From assembly GCA_009691555.1 (NCBI GenBank), contig SICB01000002.1, positions 1 to 32,903 of the forward strand: a DNA stretch of 32,903 bases, given 5' to 3'. The translations under genes were made by a program, and so were the position numbers. This document shows, in pieces, positions 1 to 8,840 of this stretch. Below the pieces are notes generated by a model. The model was given only the letters and a program-made list of their open reading frames with translations, made no database searches and was not told the origin of the DNA. Source of the stretch: Patescibacteria group bacterium. GTDB taxonomy: Bacteria; Patescibacteriota; Saccharimonadia; CAILAD01; BJGX01. Numbering within the stretch: position 1 is the stretch's first letter; each line of letters opens with the position of its first letter.

Positions 1-483
1 TGGGTAGTGGTAGCTAATAATTTCGAAGTTTTCGATGCTCACCTCGCGGCTGGGCATTGCTGGCGACTGACCTTGTCGGGCTAGCTTGTAGGCTCGCTGG
101 CCACCGATTTTGATGGCCGAATAAATCGGTGGGGTTTGGATTATTTGCCCTGTTAGGGCTTTTATAACTTCAGCTAATCTGGCTTTGGTTGGTTTGGTAT
201 CAGAGACCTTGGTCTTATCGCCCTCCTCATCGTCGGTACTGGAATTCTCGCCAAGCTTTATATCGAATAGGTATGTTTTATCGAGTTTCGAATAGTCGCC
301 GGCTTGCCTGGTAAATTCCTTGCCGACCAAGACTATTAAAAGGCCTTCGGCCTGTGGGTCGAGCGTGCCGGCGTGGCCAACCTTTTTGATGCCACTGGTG
401 CGGCGAACTTGAGCCACCATACTAAAGCTACTGCGGCCTCGAGGTTTGTTTATTAGGTGTAGTCCTTCTGATTTGATGTCCAT
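1..483 (-). CDS. truB: tRNA pseudouridine(55) synthase TruB, N-terminal part (3' end runs off the window)
   Basis: Not in the ORF track because it is open at the window edge. My minus-strand translation from ATG at 483 gives MDIKSEGLHLINKPRGRSSF...IKKVGHAGTLDPQAEGLLIVLVG...IYSAIKIGGQRAYKLAR. This contains the GHxGTLDP catalytic-Asp motif of TruB. Confidence 0.85.
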   Translation of the reverse strand, partial: MDIKSEGLHLINKPRGRSSFSMVAQVRRTSGIKKVGHAGTLDPQAEGLLIVLVGKEFTRQAGDYSKLDKTYLFDIKLGENSSTDDEEGDKTKVSDTKPTKARLAEVIKALTGQIIQTPPIYSAIKIGGQRAYKLARQGQSPAMPSREVSIENFEIISYHYP

Positions 484-613
484 AGGTTATATTGTAGCTT
501 AAAAGTTGGCTAAAGCGTGGTCTAGGCCTGAGTGGCAGATGGGCCAATTTTGCCCTGAAAAGGTCCAGGCTTAAAGGCTTCGTCTGGGTCTTGAAAATCG
601 CCTTTAGACCAAA

Positions 614-1660
614 TTAGATCTTTTTTTTTGAGCCGTTTTGCTGAGCTTCACTAGCCTCGGCCGCTGGGGCTTCGGTTTTTGCAGTAGGTTCGGCGGTTTT
701 AACGGCAGCGGACTCGGCTTCGGCAGCTATTTGAGCCTGCACGATAGCCTCTTTAATACTAGTTGCGGCGCTCGGATCGGGAGCTACAGCTTCGGTATTG
801 GGCTCTTTGGCGGTGGCCGAAGCGGCAGTCGGTGGCTTTGGGTTGGGAGTTGTTGGGTTCGGTTTGCTGTATGGCGCTGGAGAGGCCGTAGCCTTGGGAG
901 GGTTATTAGATTGCAAAACCTTTACGATCTCTTGCTGTTTGGCGCCAGCTGCTAGCATCTGAGCAGCGACCGTCATGGACTTGGCGGTGGTATCTGGGGT
1001 AGTAAAGTTGTGGGTGGCAGTAGTAATACCAGTATATAGCGCCGTGGCAATCGATTCATCGACCATTCCCTGCTCAAGGGATTCAAATAGCGATACTAGC
1101 ATCTCGCAGACCGAGCTAGAGTTTTGGTCGATATAATTGACACTACCGTACTCTTCGTTGATACGATGATAATCGATATTAATAAGGTGTAGGCCGTCGA
1201 ATATGGTCGGGTTTTTTTCGACAATTTTGTCGAGTTTTATAATCTGTGGTACGCCTAGTGCGATAACCAAATCGAACTTAAATGGGCCCTGCTCAAAGCT
1301 CACATCGCTAGCCTTAAAGTTGCCATTGAGGGGTGTAATCGTAACATCTAGCCTGTCGCCTTCGACATTGTATTTGAGCTTATCGACCATCACGGAGTGC
1401 ATCGCAACGCTAATTACGAAGTCGCGCACGCCCTGGATGTCGGTGCTAATAAATTGGGTATCGAAAAGCTCGGCGCTCTTGGGCAATGCGTCGGTAATAA
1501 CAATACTGGCCTGCTTTTGGAGCTTATTTAGTGCCCGCTGAGTAGCGATTGCAGCCGCAAGCTGATCGTTGCTTGGCTCTCGGCCAGTAACAATCACGAT
1601 ATTGTGAGCTTGCTTGATGAGCTCGCTGGCTTGCTGTTTTGGGGTTAAATCATTTTGCAT
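614..1660 (-). CDS. DHH-family phosphoesterase-like protein (NrnA-like fold) with degenerate motifs and an Ala/Pro-rich tail
   Basis: 348-aa ORF. LINIDYHRINEEYGSVNYIDQNSSSVCEM resembles the DHH-motif region of NrnA, with DHH reading DYH. LYTGITTATHNF resembles the GDTG region. It lies next to truB, as nrnA-like genes often do. The C-terminal ~100 aa are low-complexity A/P/T/E, and I saw no DHHA1 GGGH motif. Confidence 0.6.
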   Translation of the reverse strand: MQNDLTPKQQASELIKQAHNIVIVTGREPSNDQLAAAIATQRALNKLQKQASIVITDALPKSAELFDTQFISTDIQGVRDFVISVAMHSVMVDKLKYNVEGDRLDVTITPLNGNFKASDVSFEQGPFKFDLVIALGVPQIIKLDKIVEKNPTIFDGLHLINIDYHRINEEYGSVNYIDQNSSSVCEMLVSLFESLEQGMVDESIATALYTGITTATHNFTTPDTTAKSMTVAAQMLAAGAKQQEIVKVLQSNNPPKATASPAPYSKPNPTTPNPKPPTAASATAKEPNTEAVAPDPSAATSIKEAIVQAQIAAEAESAAVKTAEPTAKTEAPAAEASEAQQNGSKKKI

Positions 1661-1766
1661 AATATTTGCGTAATTATTGTTTATTAGATAACTTTATGAA
1701 CAATGGGTTATTATACACGACATAAGCGTTATTGTCAAGGTATAAGAGCCTTCAGGCTTGGTGGGG

Positions 1767-1795
1767 TTGATAAATATATAAGATTATGGTAAAAT
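1767..1795 (+). promoter_or_regulatory. sigma70-like promoter TTGATA-17nt-TAAAAT
   Basis: TTGATA at 1767-1772, an exact 17-nt spacer, and TAAAAT at 1790-1795 in an AT-rich intergenic region. The predicted start is near 1801-1803. Confidence 0.4.
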
Positions 1796-1801
1796 ACCAC
1801 T

Positions 1802-1953
1802 ATGAATAACCAAAGCAAAAATACCTTCCTAATCCGTTCGCGGATGTTTGCCCTTACAGGGGTAAGGTTTGCTTTGGCTTATCGAATGATCTAATTGGTT
1901 ACTAGCAGTTTCTAATATCCGATGAGCCTCCATTTAAGAAGATGGAGTTTTTT
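1802..1953 (+). ncRNA. candidate structured small RNA, or leaderless mRNA for a 30-aa micro-ORF; family unknown
   Basis: It sits between the promoter above and a hairpin (ctccat/atggag, 1928-1947) followed by T6 (1948-1953). It contains a perfect 10-bp long-range stem (ccaaagcaaa 1810-1819 with tttgctttgg 1868-1877). It also has a UUCG-looped hairpin (atccg-ttcg-cggat, 1832-1845). Segment 1861-1868 can pair with either 1823-1829 or 1852-1857, which are mutually exclusive. Confidence 0.3.
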
Positions 1954-2044
1954 AACTTAATAGAAGAAACGCCACTTTGCAAGGAGGCCCATCGGGTCTC
2001 GGAAACACCGAGATCTGCACCTAACTACCACTAAAGGAGTAGCT

Positions 2045-2722
2045 ATGAGCTATGGATTGCCCATGCGTTTTGGGCCCATTAGTGATGGTGTGGAATACCA
2101 CATCATCATGCGAGCTTACCAAGAAAGCGAAGGTACGGCTATGGCGAAAGCCATAAGTCGAGCAAATATACAGCGTTACATCATGCTCTCTGCCACACAA
2201 ACTCCAGCAATGGAAGAAACGTGGATGGAGCAGACAGCTACCGCCAAAGATGATTGCACATGGGCGATTTGTATCGCTCAAGACAGCTCAGATGAGCTTG
2301 GCACACCGATTGGTAGTACTGGCTTGCACGGCATTAAAGACGGCCGAGCACATTCGGGTATTGTCATTTATAATGACTCTTTCTGGGGCTATGGTATCGC
2401 CAGTGCCTGCCATCGTGCCAGAAGCCTCTATGCTCATGAAGTCCTAGGCATTCGTGCCATCGATAGCTTCGTCATCAGGAGCAATGATGCCAGCCTAAAG
2501 GCTCTAGAGAACATTGGCTATACGCGCACCGGCACTCAGTACAGCCATAGTATTGTCGATGGTAAGGTCTGTCATGTTGATAATTTGACATGGGTCAATC
2601 CATTTGGGCACCAGTGGGATTATTTTTGGGGAGACAATCAGCCCCCCGAAGAGTTTAATATCTCCCGCCGTAATGCAGAATTGGCTATTAAACGAGCCAA
2701 AAAAGATGTCACCTTTATGTGA
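2045..2722 (+). CDS. GNAT-family N-acetyltransferase (RimJ/RimL-like)
   Basis: 225-aa ORF with SD AAGGAG 6 nt upstream. The core GIVIYNDSFWGYGIASACHRARSLYAHEVLGIRAIDSFVIRSNDASLKALENIGYTRTG matches the GNAT acetyl-CoA-binding region pattern. Confidence 0.75.
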   Translation: MSYGLPMRFGPISDGVEYHIIMRAYQESEGTAMAKAISRANIQRYIMLSATQTPAMEETWMEQTATAKDDCTWAICIAQDSSDELGTPIGSTGLHGIKDGRAHSGIVIYNDSFWGYGIASACHRARSLYAHEVLGIRAIDSFVIRSNDASLKALENIGYTRTGTQYSHSIVDGKVCHVDNLTWVNPFGHQWDYFWGDNQPPEEFNISRRNAELAIKRAKKDVTFM

Positions 2723-2740
2723 CACCAGGTATGTTACTTC

Positions 2741-2775
2741 AAGGGACCAGGTTTTTACCTGGTCCCTTTTACTTT
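2741..2775 (+). terminator. rho-independent terminator after the GNAT gene
   Basis: Perfect 12-bp stem aagggaccaggt (2741-2752) with acctggtccctt (2757-2768), a 4-nt loop, then a T-rich tract. Confidence 0.7.
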
Positions 2776-2961
2776 ATTTTGTTACTTTATTTTGCTTTGA
2801 TAATTTTCCACCATAGATCGCTAGTATTAGTGAGCTCCGGTGGAGTCCCTAGTAGCCGTAGACTCATTTTGAACCTTTAGTGCAAGATTTCTTGGAGTCA
2901 AAATTATAACATAACCTCAAAATGGTACTTAACAAGTGCGCCTCAATTGTGGAAAATACCC

Positions 2962-2990
2962 TTTACAGATGAGGCATTATCAGGTATACT
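2962..2990 (+). promoter_or_regulatory. sigma70-like promoter for rpsT, TTTACA-17nt-TATACT
   Basis: TTTACA at 2962-2967, a 17-nt spacer, and TATACT at 2985-2990, about 58 nt upstream of the rpsT ATG. Confidence 0.4.
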
Positions 2991-3048
2991 TATGCCTATC
3001 ACTATTTATTAAGTAATTTACTCTTTAAAAAGAAGGATTAATCGTTAT

Positions 3049-3453
3049 ATGCCAGTAATCAAATCAGCTATCAAGAGAGTCCGCCAAGAAAAAAAGCGCA
3101 AAGCTTACAATATTGGTGTAAAGACATCTGTAAAAGCCAAGTTTAAGGCTGTTCGCGATGAAGTTGCCACGGGCAAAGTCAAGAGCAACGAAGAGCTTGT
3201 AGCTGCTATTAAAGCTATCGACCAAGCTGTACGCAAGGGCGTTATCAACAAACACAGCGCCGGTCGCAAAAAGAGCCGCCTAACACTTGCCTACAACTCT
3301 GTGGCCGAGAAGCCTTTTGGTACCGAGCCTGCCAGCAAGCCTAAGGCTAAAAAAGCTGCCGTCACCAAGAAACCAGCCGCAAAAAAAGCTGCTACCATCA
3401 AAAAGACAGCCGCAAAAAAGCCCGCTACCAAAAAAGCAACTACAAAAAAATAA
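3049..3453 (+). CDS. rpsT: 30S ribosomal protein S20 with a Lys/Ala-rich C-terminal extension
   Basis: The N-terminus MPVIKSAIKRVRQEKKRKAYN is the typical S20 start. The S20 core is about 85 aa. It is followed by about 49 aa of repeats of the AKKAAVTKKPAAKKAATIKK type. Confidence 0.9.
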   Translation: MPVIKSAIKRVRQEKKRKAYNIGVKTSVKAKFKAVRDEVATGKVKSNEELVAAIKAIDQAVRKGVINKHSAGRKKSRLTLAYNSVAEKPFGTEPASKPKAKKAAVTKKPAAKKAATIKKTAAKKPATKKATTKK

Positions 3454-3494
3454 CCAGACTACCAAGCGCTATATAATAATGTCGAGCTAGTCCT

Positions 3495-3520
3495 AAAACC
3501 TCCAAAACGGAGGTTTTTTA
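3495..3520. terminator. bidirectional hairpin terminator between rpsT and holA
   Basis: 9-bp stem aaaacctcc (3495-3503) with ggaggtttt (3509-3517), with T-runs on both strands. It abuts the holA stop codon. Confidence 0.65.
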
Positions 3521-4450
3521 GTTTTTAGAGCTGGGCTCTCGGTTACAAAGGCTATAAAACAGCCCGTTCATGGCTTCTTCGGACGGCAGCGCACCGGTTT
3601 TGGTAGCGATGTCGGCCTCGGAGATGAGCTGGTAAGCCCGTGAGATGTCATCGATATCTAGCCCGCTAACCAAAGGCAGGGCTTTTTGGGTTGAGTACGG
3701 CGATATTTTGTAGGCCTGATTGAGCTGGGGGTTATTGATAATAACCAGCATCAATACCCGGAACTGATAAATAATAGCCCCTAGTATCATCTGGTCGGCG
3801 TAGCCCTGGAGCTTGAGGCTTTTGTATAATTTTATTACTCGCGGCAAATCCTTACGCACCAAGGCTTCGGCCAAGATGAAGGCGTTGTTTTCAAGACTCG
3901 GCGTGGCCAGCTCATCGACCGAAGCCCGTGAAATATCGCTGTTGTAGCTGGCTAGCTTGGCGATTTCGTTATGCAAACTCCACTGGCTCTCGCCCACTAG
4001 GTCAATAAGATAGCCAGCGAGCTGGCTGTCGAGCGTCGCACCTGCTCTGTGGGCCTCGACCAGTGCCCATTTTATGAGCTCGACTCGGCTAGGCCGCCTA
4101 AACTCCGTAGCGCCCTGAACCTTACTCAGGCTCTTATAAAGAGTGGTGCGTTTATCTGGGTTGGGGTCGATAATGACTAGATTAGTGCTATCGGTAGCAT
4201 TTTGCAGTATCGCATCGATCTGTGCTGGGCTCGGTTTGGATTTGGGCAAGTTAGTCAGTATAATCAGCCGGCTACTAACGAACATCGGCATCGCCGACAA
4301 ATTGGCAAGCAGGCCATCGGTTCCCTGCTCGAGGGCATCGATAGATTGCATATCTCCCTCGGATCCAGTTTTTTTGATATATTGAGATTTTATTAGACTC
4401 AGCTGGCGACTGATTGCATAACTATTTTCGCCATATAAATACAAGATCAT
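3518..4450 (-). CDS. holA: DNA polymerase III delta subunit
   Basis: 310-aa ORF starting MILYLYGENSYAISRQL. The length and overall pattern (clamp-loader delta, C-terminal helical domain) are typical of HolA. Confidence 0.8.
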   Translation of the reverse strand: MILYLYGENSYAISRQLSLIKSQYIKKTGSEGDMQSIDALEQGTDGLLANLSAMPMFVSSRLIILTNLPKSKPSPAQIDAILQNATDSTNLVIIDPNPDKRTTLYKSLSKVQGATEFRRPSRVELIKWALVEAHRAGATLDSQLAGYLIDLVGESQWSLHNEIAKLASYNSDISRASVDELATPSLENNAFILAEALVRKDLPRVIKLYKSLKLQGYADQMILGAIIYQFRVLMLVIINNPQLNQAYKISPYSTQKALPLVSGLDIDDISRAYQLISEADIATKTGALPSEEAMNGLFYSLCNREPSSKN

Positions 4451-4518
4451 TTTTAAAACCTCTGCTTTCGAGCTTAATTATACTTCATATCAGTGCAGGT
4501 GTGGCGAAAAGGTGCTGG

Positions 4519-5406
4519 CTAGCCTGCAAGTTTTGGCACTTTTTGACAGTGCGGACAGATGTGGGTACCCCTGCCTGCGGCGCGGATTTTGATAATCGTC
4601 CGGCCGCAATTAGGGCAATCACTACCCTCTTTGCGAAATACCTGTGCGAATTTCAAATAGCTACCTTTGTTGCCCTTGGCATCGACATAATTTCGGTCGC
4701 TACTCCCACCCAAGCTAATACTCAGGCTCATGACCTCTCTGACTGCGTTAAAAAGCCTTTTAAGCTTAATAGCGCTAACATCGCCAACTTTGGTAAGAGG
4801 GTGGATTTTGGCCATAAAGAGTGACTCGTCGGCATAGATGTTGCCGACTCCAGCTAGTACCGTCTGATCGAGCAGAGCGGCCTTGATGCTAGTTTTGGAG
4901 CGTTTTTTAAGAGCTGAGCCAAATTGCTCAAAAGTATAGTTATCTTCGAGTGGTTCGGGTCCGAGCTTTTTCAAAAAAGCATTGTTTTGGTGAAGTCCAT
5001 CGGTTGGCTCGAGCTTGACCCAGCCAAATTTGCGCTGGTCGTTAAAAAACAGTGTGCCGTTTGTGAGCTCCAAGATGACCCTGGTAGATTTGTCAGGAAG
5101 TTTATCGACCAAGCTAGCGTTAGGGTGTCCGCCACCGAAGCCCGGCCCCAATTTTGGCCGATACACCAATTGCCCGGTCATCTTGAGGTGTATCAAAATA
5201 CTATAACCACTGCTGAGAGGCATAATTATAAGCTTACCGCGGCGCTGAACTGATTGGACTGTGGCACCAATCAGCTTACCGGCCATCAGCGCCTCGCTTA
5301 TGGCCAAGCTCTTTGGCCAGTCACAAGTAGCGGATATTACCTTTTGTGTAGGCAGAAACTCTTGTAAACCGATTCGAACAGTCTCGACTTCAGGTAGCTC
5401 AGGCAT
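4519..5406 (-). CDS. mutM: formamidopyrimidine-DNA glycosylase
   Basis: The MPELPEVETV N-terminus carries the catalytic Pro2 and Glu3. The C-terminal zinc finger CPNCG...CPHCQ is intact. Confidence 0.92.
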   Translation of the reverse strand: MPELPEVETVRIGLQEFLPTQKVISATCDWPKSLAISEALMAGKLIGATVQSVQRRGKLIIMPLSSGYSILIHLKMTGQLVYRPKLGPGFGGGHPNASLVDKLPDKSTRVILELTNGTLFFNDQRKFGWVKLEPTDGLHQNNAFLKKLGPEPLEDNYTFEQFGSALKKRSKTSIKAALLDQTVLAGVGNIYADESLFMAKIHPLTKVGDVSAIKLKRLFNAVREVMSLSISLGGSSDRNYVDAKGNKGSYLKFAQVFRKEGSDCPNCGRTIIKIRAAGRGTHICPHCQKVPKLAG

Positions 5407-5648
5407 CTGAGGTTTTTAGATTTGAATTGTTCATTAGTCCATTATACCTGATAATTAAACTTTACTTTTATACAATTTTGTTATACTATGTTGTATTGAA
5501 ATCCGTACCTACTAGAAAGGACTATTTTTGAACAAATATAGTCTGGCAGAGAGTATCAAGACATTGGTGGGCATCATGGTAATCTGCACTGCCGCCATGG
5601 CATGCGTGGTTGTCATAATGAGCCTCCCCTGAAACGAAAGGAGCTGCT

Positions 5649-5984
5649 GTGTCTTACGTCAGCAGAAGCAAACTTAAGGGCCACGGCCTTGTCGGCCAGC
5701 TTATCAGTATGACGAGGCTTCTTGACTTGCATAGCTACCAGGAGCAAGAGGTTGTTAATCCGAAATGGTCAAAAGGAATGATCGTTCGTTTCGTGCACAG
5801 ATCCGAAGTGATGTATTTTGAGTTTGAGGGCTTTGGCGACTTGCTTGGGCAGGAGGCCACCCTCTGCTACGGAAACCATGCGATCGCGAGTGGCCTTATC
5901 GGGATCGACAACGATGTCGCTCTCTACTATCAAAACCCCCTACCAAGGGTTGGTATGGCGATTACAGTTGCCACACCCGACTAG
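5649..5984 (+). CDS. hypothetical protein (GTG start)
   Basis: 111-aa ORF with SD AAAGGAG about 6 nt upstream of the GTG. I recognise no family. Confidence 0.35.
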   Translation: MSYVSRSKLKGHGLVGQLISMTRLLDLHSYQEQEVVNPKWSKGMIVRFVHRSEVMYFEFEGFGDLLGQEATLCYGNHAIASGLIGIDNDVALYYQNPLPRVGMAITVATPD

Positions 5985-6022
5985 CCTAGCTTTTATTAGC
6001 TAGGCTAGTTTTATTTAATAGA

Positions 6023-8788
6023 TTACTTGAGATCTCCCCAGCTGGTACCCTGACGAACTTCGGCAATAATAGGAACCTCAAACCGCTGCACGCCCTCCAT
6101 GGCTTGCTTGATAATCTTGGCGACTTGCTCGGCATCAGCCTTGGGACATTCGGCTATCAATTCGTCATGAATTTGCAGTAGCAAGTTTGTTTGCTCTGGG
6201 GCTTTTTTGCCCTTATTAAACTGCTCGAAACTGTTGGCTATGTCGACCATCGCCAGCTTCATCATATCGGCCGCTGTACCCTGCAGGGGCAGATTAACCG
6301 CGGCGCGCTCGGCGGCGGCTCGCACTATAAAATTGCTAGAGCTGACATCTGGGCAGGGGCGGCGGCGGCCAAAAAATGTTTCGGTATAGCCTTCGTCGTG
6401 GGCAAACTTCTTAATACTAGCGATGTATGCAGCAACGCCTTTGCGCAGGCCAAAATAGCTGTCTATAAACTCGCGGGCTTTATCGTAATCAAACCCCGTA
6501 GCAACCGATAGCCCGTGGGGGTTCATACCATACAGCACACCAAAGTTGATGGTCTTGGCGGCGTAGCGCATTTCTTTGGTTACTTTTGCTGGTGCGACGC
6601 CGAACATCTCGGCAGCGGTTAGGGTGTGGATGTCAGCCCCGCTCTTAAAATCGTCGATCATGGGCTGGTCTTTAGCAAGCTCGGCTGCGAGGCGCAGCTC
6701 TATTTGGCTATAATCGGCCGAAACCAGCACCTTACCTGGGCTGGCCACAAAAGCTTTGCGTATTTCTCGACCCATCTCGCTTCGAATCGGTATATTCTGA
6801 AGGTTTGGGTTGGTACTACTGAGGCGGCCTGTCTGGGCGATGGTTTGATTGTAACTAGTGTGGATGCGGTCGTCTGGCTTGACGAGCTTTGGCAAAGCGT
6901 CGACATAGGTACTGGCGAGTTTTGTTAGCTCTCGATACTCGAACATCATATCGACCAGCTCGTGCTTGCCACGAAGTTTTTCGAGCTCACTAGCAGCAGT
7001 ACTAATGCCAGTCTTGGTTTTTTTGAGGCCGGCCGTTGGTATCTTGAGCTTCTCAAATAGCACAACCTGAAGCTGGGCTGGTGAGCTAATGTTGAATTCG
7101 CCGCCGGCTAGCTTCCAGATATCTTTTTGCAACTGATTGATTTTTGAGGCGTATTGAACCGATAGTTTATTCAAAAACTTCGAGTCTAGCTCGACCCCGC
7201 AATACTCCATATCGCCGAGCACCGCAATTAGCGGCCACTCCATTTGTTCGGCAAGTTCGGAAAGTCGCCCAATGGTCTTCAGGTCTTTTTGCAACTTCAG
7301 GTACAATCGCCAGCTAATATCGGCGTCCTCGGCGGCATACTGGCCAGCTTCTTTGATAGCAACTGCGTCAAAAGTTTGTTGGTTTTTGCCTTTTGGTCCA
7401 ATCAGCTCCTCGATACCAATCATTGATATTCCGAGCTCATTATAGGCTAGCTGGCTGAGGCTCTGGGCCCGGCCGATGGGGTTTATCAGATAAGCTGCGA
7501 CCATCGTATCGAAAACAATCGGCCCGAGTCGCAGATTGTTAAACGGACGCATCATGACATAATCGTATTTGATATTGTGCCCGACCTTACCGATAGTTTC
7601 ATCTGCTAGTATTGGACCAATCAAATCAAAAAACTTGGCGTAGTCGATTTCGGTTTTTTCGGCGTGGGCCAGCGGTACATAGTAGGCCTCGCCGGCCTTG
7701 AAGCTAAAAGATGCCCCGACTAACTCGGCGTCGATTTGGTCGGTACTAGTCGTCTCGGTATCAAAAGCAAAGACTTTTTGCTGAGACAGCTCCTTGGCCA
7801 AGGCCTGCAGCTCGGAAACTTTTGTGATGAGCTGGTACTTGGCATCTTTGAGGTGTTGGCGGTTAAACTCTGCGGCGTCATTTTTGTGTTCATCGAAGGC
7901 TTCGGTTTGGTCGTCGGTGACTTTTTTATTCGGCAGTTTGGCCAGCAGGCTCTTGAACTCGAGCTGATGAAAAAGGTCGTAGACACTTTTCTTGTCGTAC
8001 TCGTGTATAACTGCGTCCTTGAGGTCAAAATCGAGCTTCAAATCGAGCTTGATGGTCGATAAATCTTGGCTCATATAGGCACTGTCTTTACCGAGCGTCA
8101 GCTTTTTGGCTACTGCCGGCTTTATATTATTCAGGTTTTCATAAATGGTGTCTAGGTCGTGATACTGGCTTACAAGCTCGGTGGCGGTCTTGTCGCCGAT
8201 ACCAGAAACGCCCGGGATATTGTCGCTAGTATCGCCCTTGAGCGCCTTATATACAATAAACTCCTTGGGGTTAACGCCATACTTGTCGATAACGGCTTGG
8301 GTGTCATAAATAAAGGTATCGCTAAAGCCCTTGCGCATCGTAAATACCGTTGTGGCATCACTAACTAGCTGGAGCTCGTCCATATCGCCCGTCACTACTA
8401 CGACATCGACTTGGTCCTGGTACTGGGCGCTGAGTGAGCCAATGATATCGTCGGCTTCAAAGCCAGGCATCTCCAAAAGAGGAATATTGAAGGCCGCAAT
8501 TACAGCCTTGGTGGTCGGAAACTGATCGTAGAGCTCTTGATCGGCCTTTTTACGGGTGGCCTTGTACTGGTCGTACTGGTCGTGTCGAAAAGTTTTGCCC
8601 GGCGCGTCCCAGGCCACCGCGACATAATCGGGCTTGAGCTCGCGCAGTGCTAAGAGCATCATCATCGTGAAGCCATACACCGCGTTGGTCGGAGTACCAT
8701 CTTTGGTCGTCAAGTGCGGAATTGCATGGTAGCCCCTATGGACTAAGGCGTGGCCGTCGAATACAACTAGTTTTTTGCGTTTGTTCAT
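6023..8788 (-). CDS. polA: DNA polymerase I (5'-nuclease, 3'-5' exonuclease and polymerase domains)
   Basis: 921 aa. The 5'-nuclease N-terminus is LVVFDGHALVHRGYHA. Exo motifs are FAFDTETT, NIKYDYVMM and YAAEDADI. Pol motifs are DYSQIELR, RYAAKTINFGVLYG and QIHDEL. Confidence 0.97.
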   Translation of the reverse strand: MNKRKKLVVFDGHALVHRGYHAIPHLTTKDGTPTNAVYGFTMMMLLALRELKPDYVAVAWDAPGKTFRHDQYDQYKATRKKADQELYDQFPTTKAVIAAFNIPLLEMPGFEADDIIGSLSAQYQDQVDVVVVTGDMDELQLVSDATTVFTMRKGFSDTFIYDTQAVIDKYGVNPKEFIVYKALKGDTSDNIPGVSGIGDKTATELVSQYHDLDTIYENLNNIKPAVAKKLTLGKDSAYMSQDLSTIKLDLKLDFDLKDAVIHEYDKKSVYDLFHQLEFKSLLAKLPNKKVTDDQTEAFDEHKNDAAEFNRQHLKDAKYQLITKVSELQALAKELSQQKVFAFDTETTSTDQIDAELVGASFSFKAGEAYYVPLAHAEKTEIDYAKFFDLIGPILADETIGKVGHNIKYDYVMMRPFNNLRLGPIVFDTMVAAYLINPIGRAQSLSQLAYNELGISMIGIEELIGPKGKNQQTFDAVAIKEAGQYAAEDADISWRLYLKLQKDLKTIGRLSELAEQMEWPLIAVLGDMEYCGVELDSKFLNKLSVQYASKINQLQKDIWKLAGGEFNISSPAQLQVVLFEKLKIPTAGLKKTKTGISTAASELEKLRGKHELVDMMFEYRELTKLASTYVDALPKLVKPDDRIHTSYNQTIAQTGRLSSTNPNLQNIPIRSEMGREIRKAFVASPGKVLVSADYSQIELRLAAELAKDQPMIDDFKSGADIHTLTAAEMFGVAPAKVTKEMRYAAKTINFGVLYGMNPHGLSVATGFDYDKAREFIDSYFGLRKGVAAYIASIKKFAHDEGYTETFFGRRRPCPDVSSSNFIVRAAAERAAVNLPLQGTAADMMKLAMVDIANSFEQFNKGKKAPEQTNLLLQIHDELIAECPKADAEQVAKIIKQAMEGVQRFEVPIIAEVRQGTSWGDLK

Positions 8789-8840
8789 ACTTAAAATTAT
8801 ACACCTTATCTTATCAGCAAATTAGCAAAATATAACGCTG

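Noticed and set aside
1661-3048. tRNA, SRP RNA, tmRNA or RNase P RNA in the two largest intergenic regions. The same check was made for 5407-5648.
   Set aside because: I found no cloverleaf with a GTTCRANNC T-loop, no SRP domain IV GGAA/AGCA motif and no tmRNA tag-ORF signature by eye. Only the family-less structured candidate at 1802-1953 is reported. An Infernal/tRNAscan run is needed for certainty.
6191-8525. Several 60-108-aa ORFs on the plus strand and in alternative minus frames inside polA. Similar ORFs occur inside the DHH gene (638-955, 1203-1541), dnaG (10557-12014), rpoD (9185-10282) and other genes.
   Set aside because: All lie fully within long ORFs that carry unmistakable family motifs. 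They lack SD sequences and have low-complexity or biased composition. They are typical shadow ORFs.
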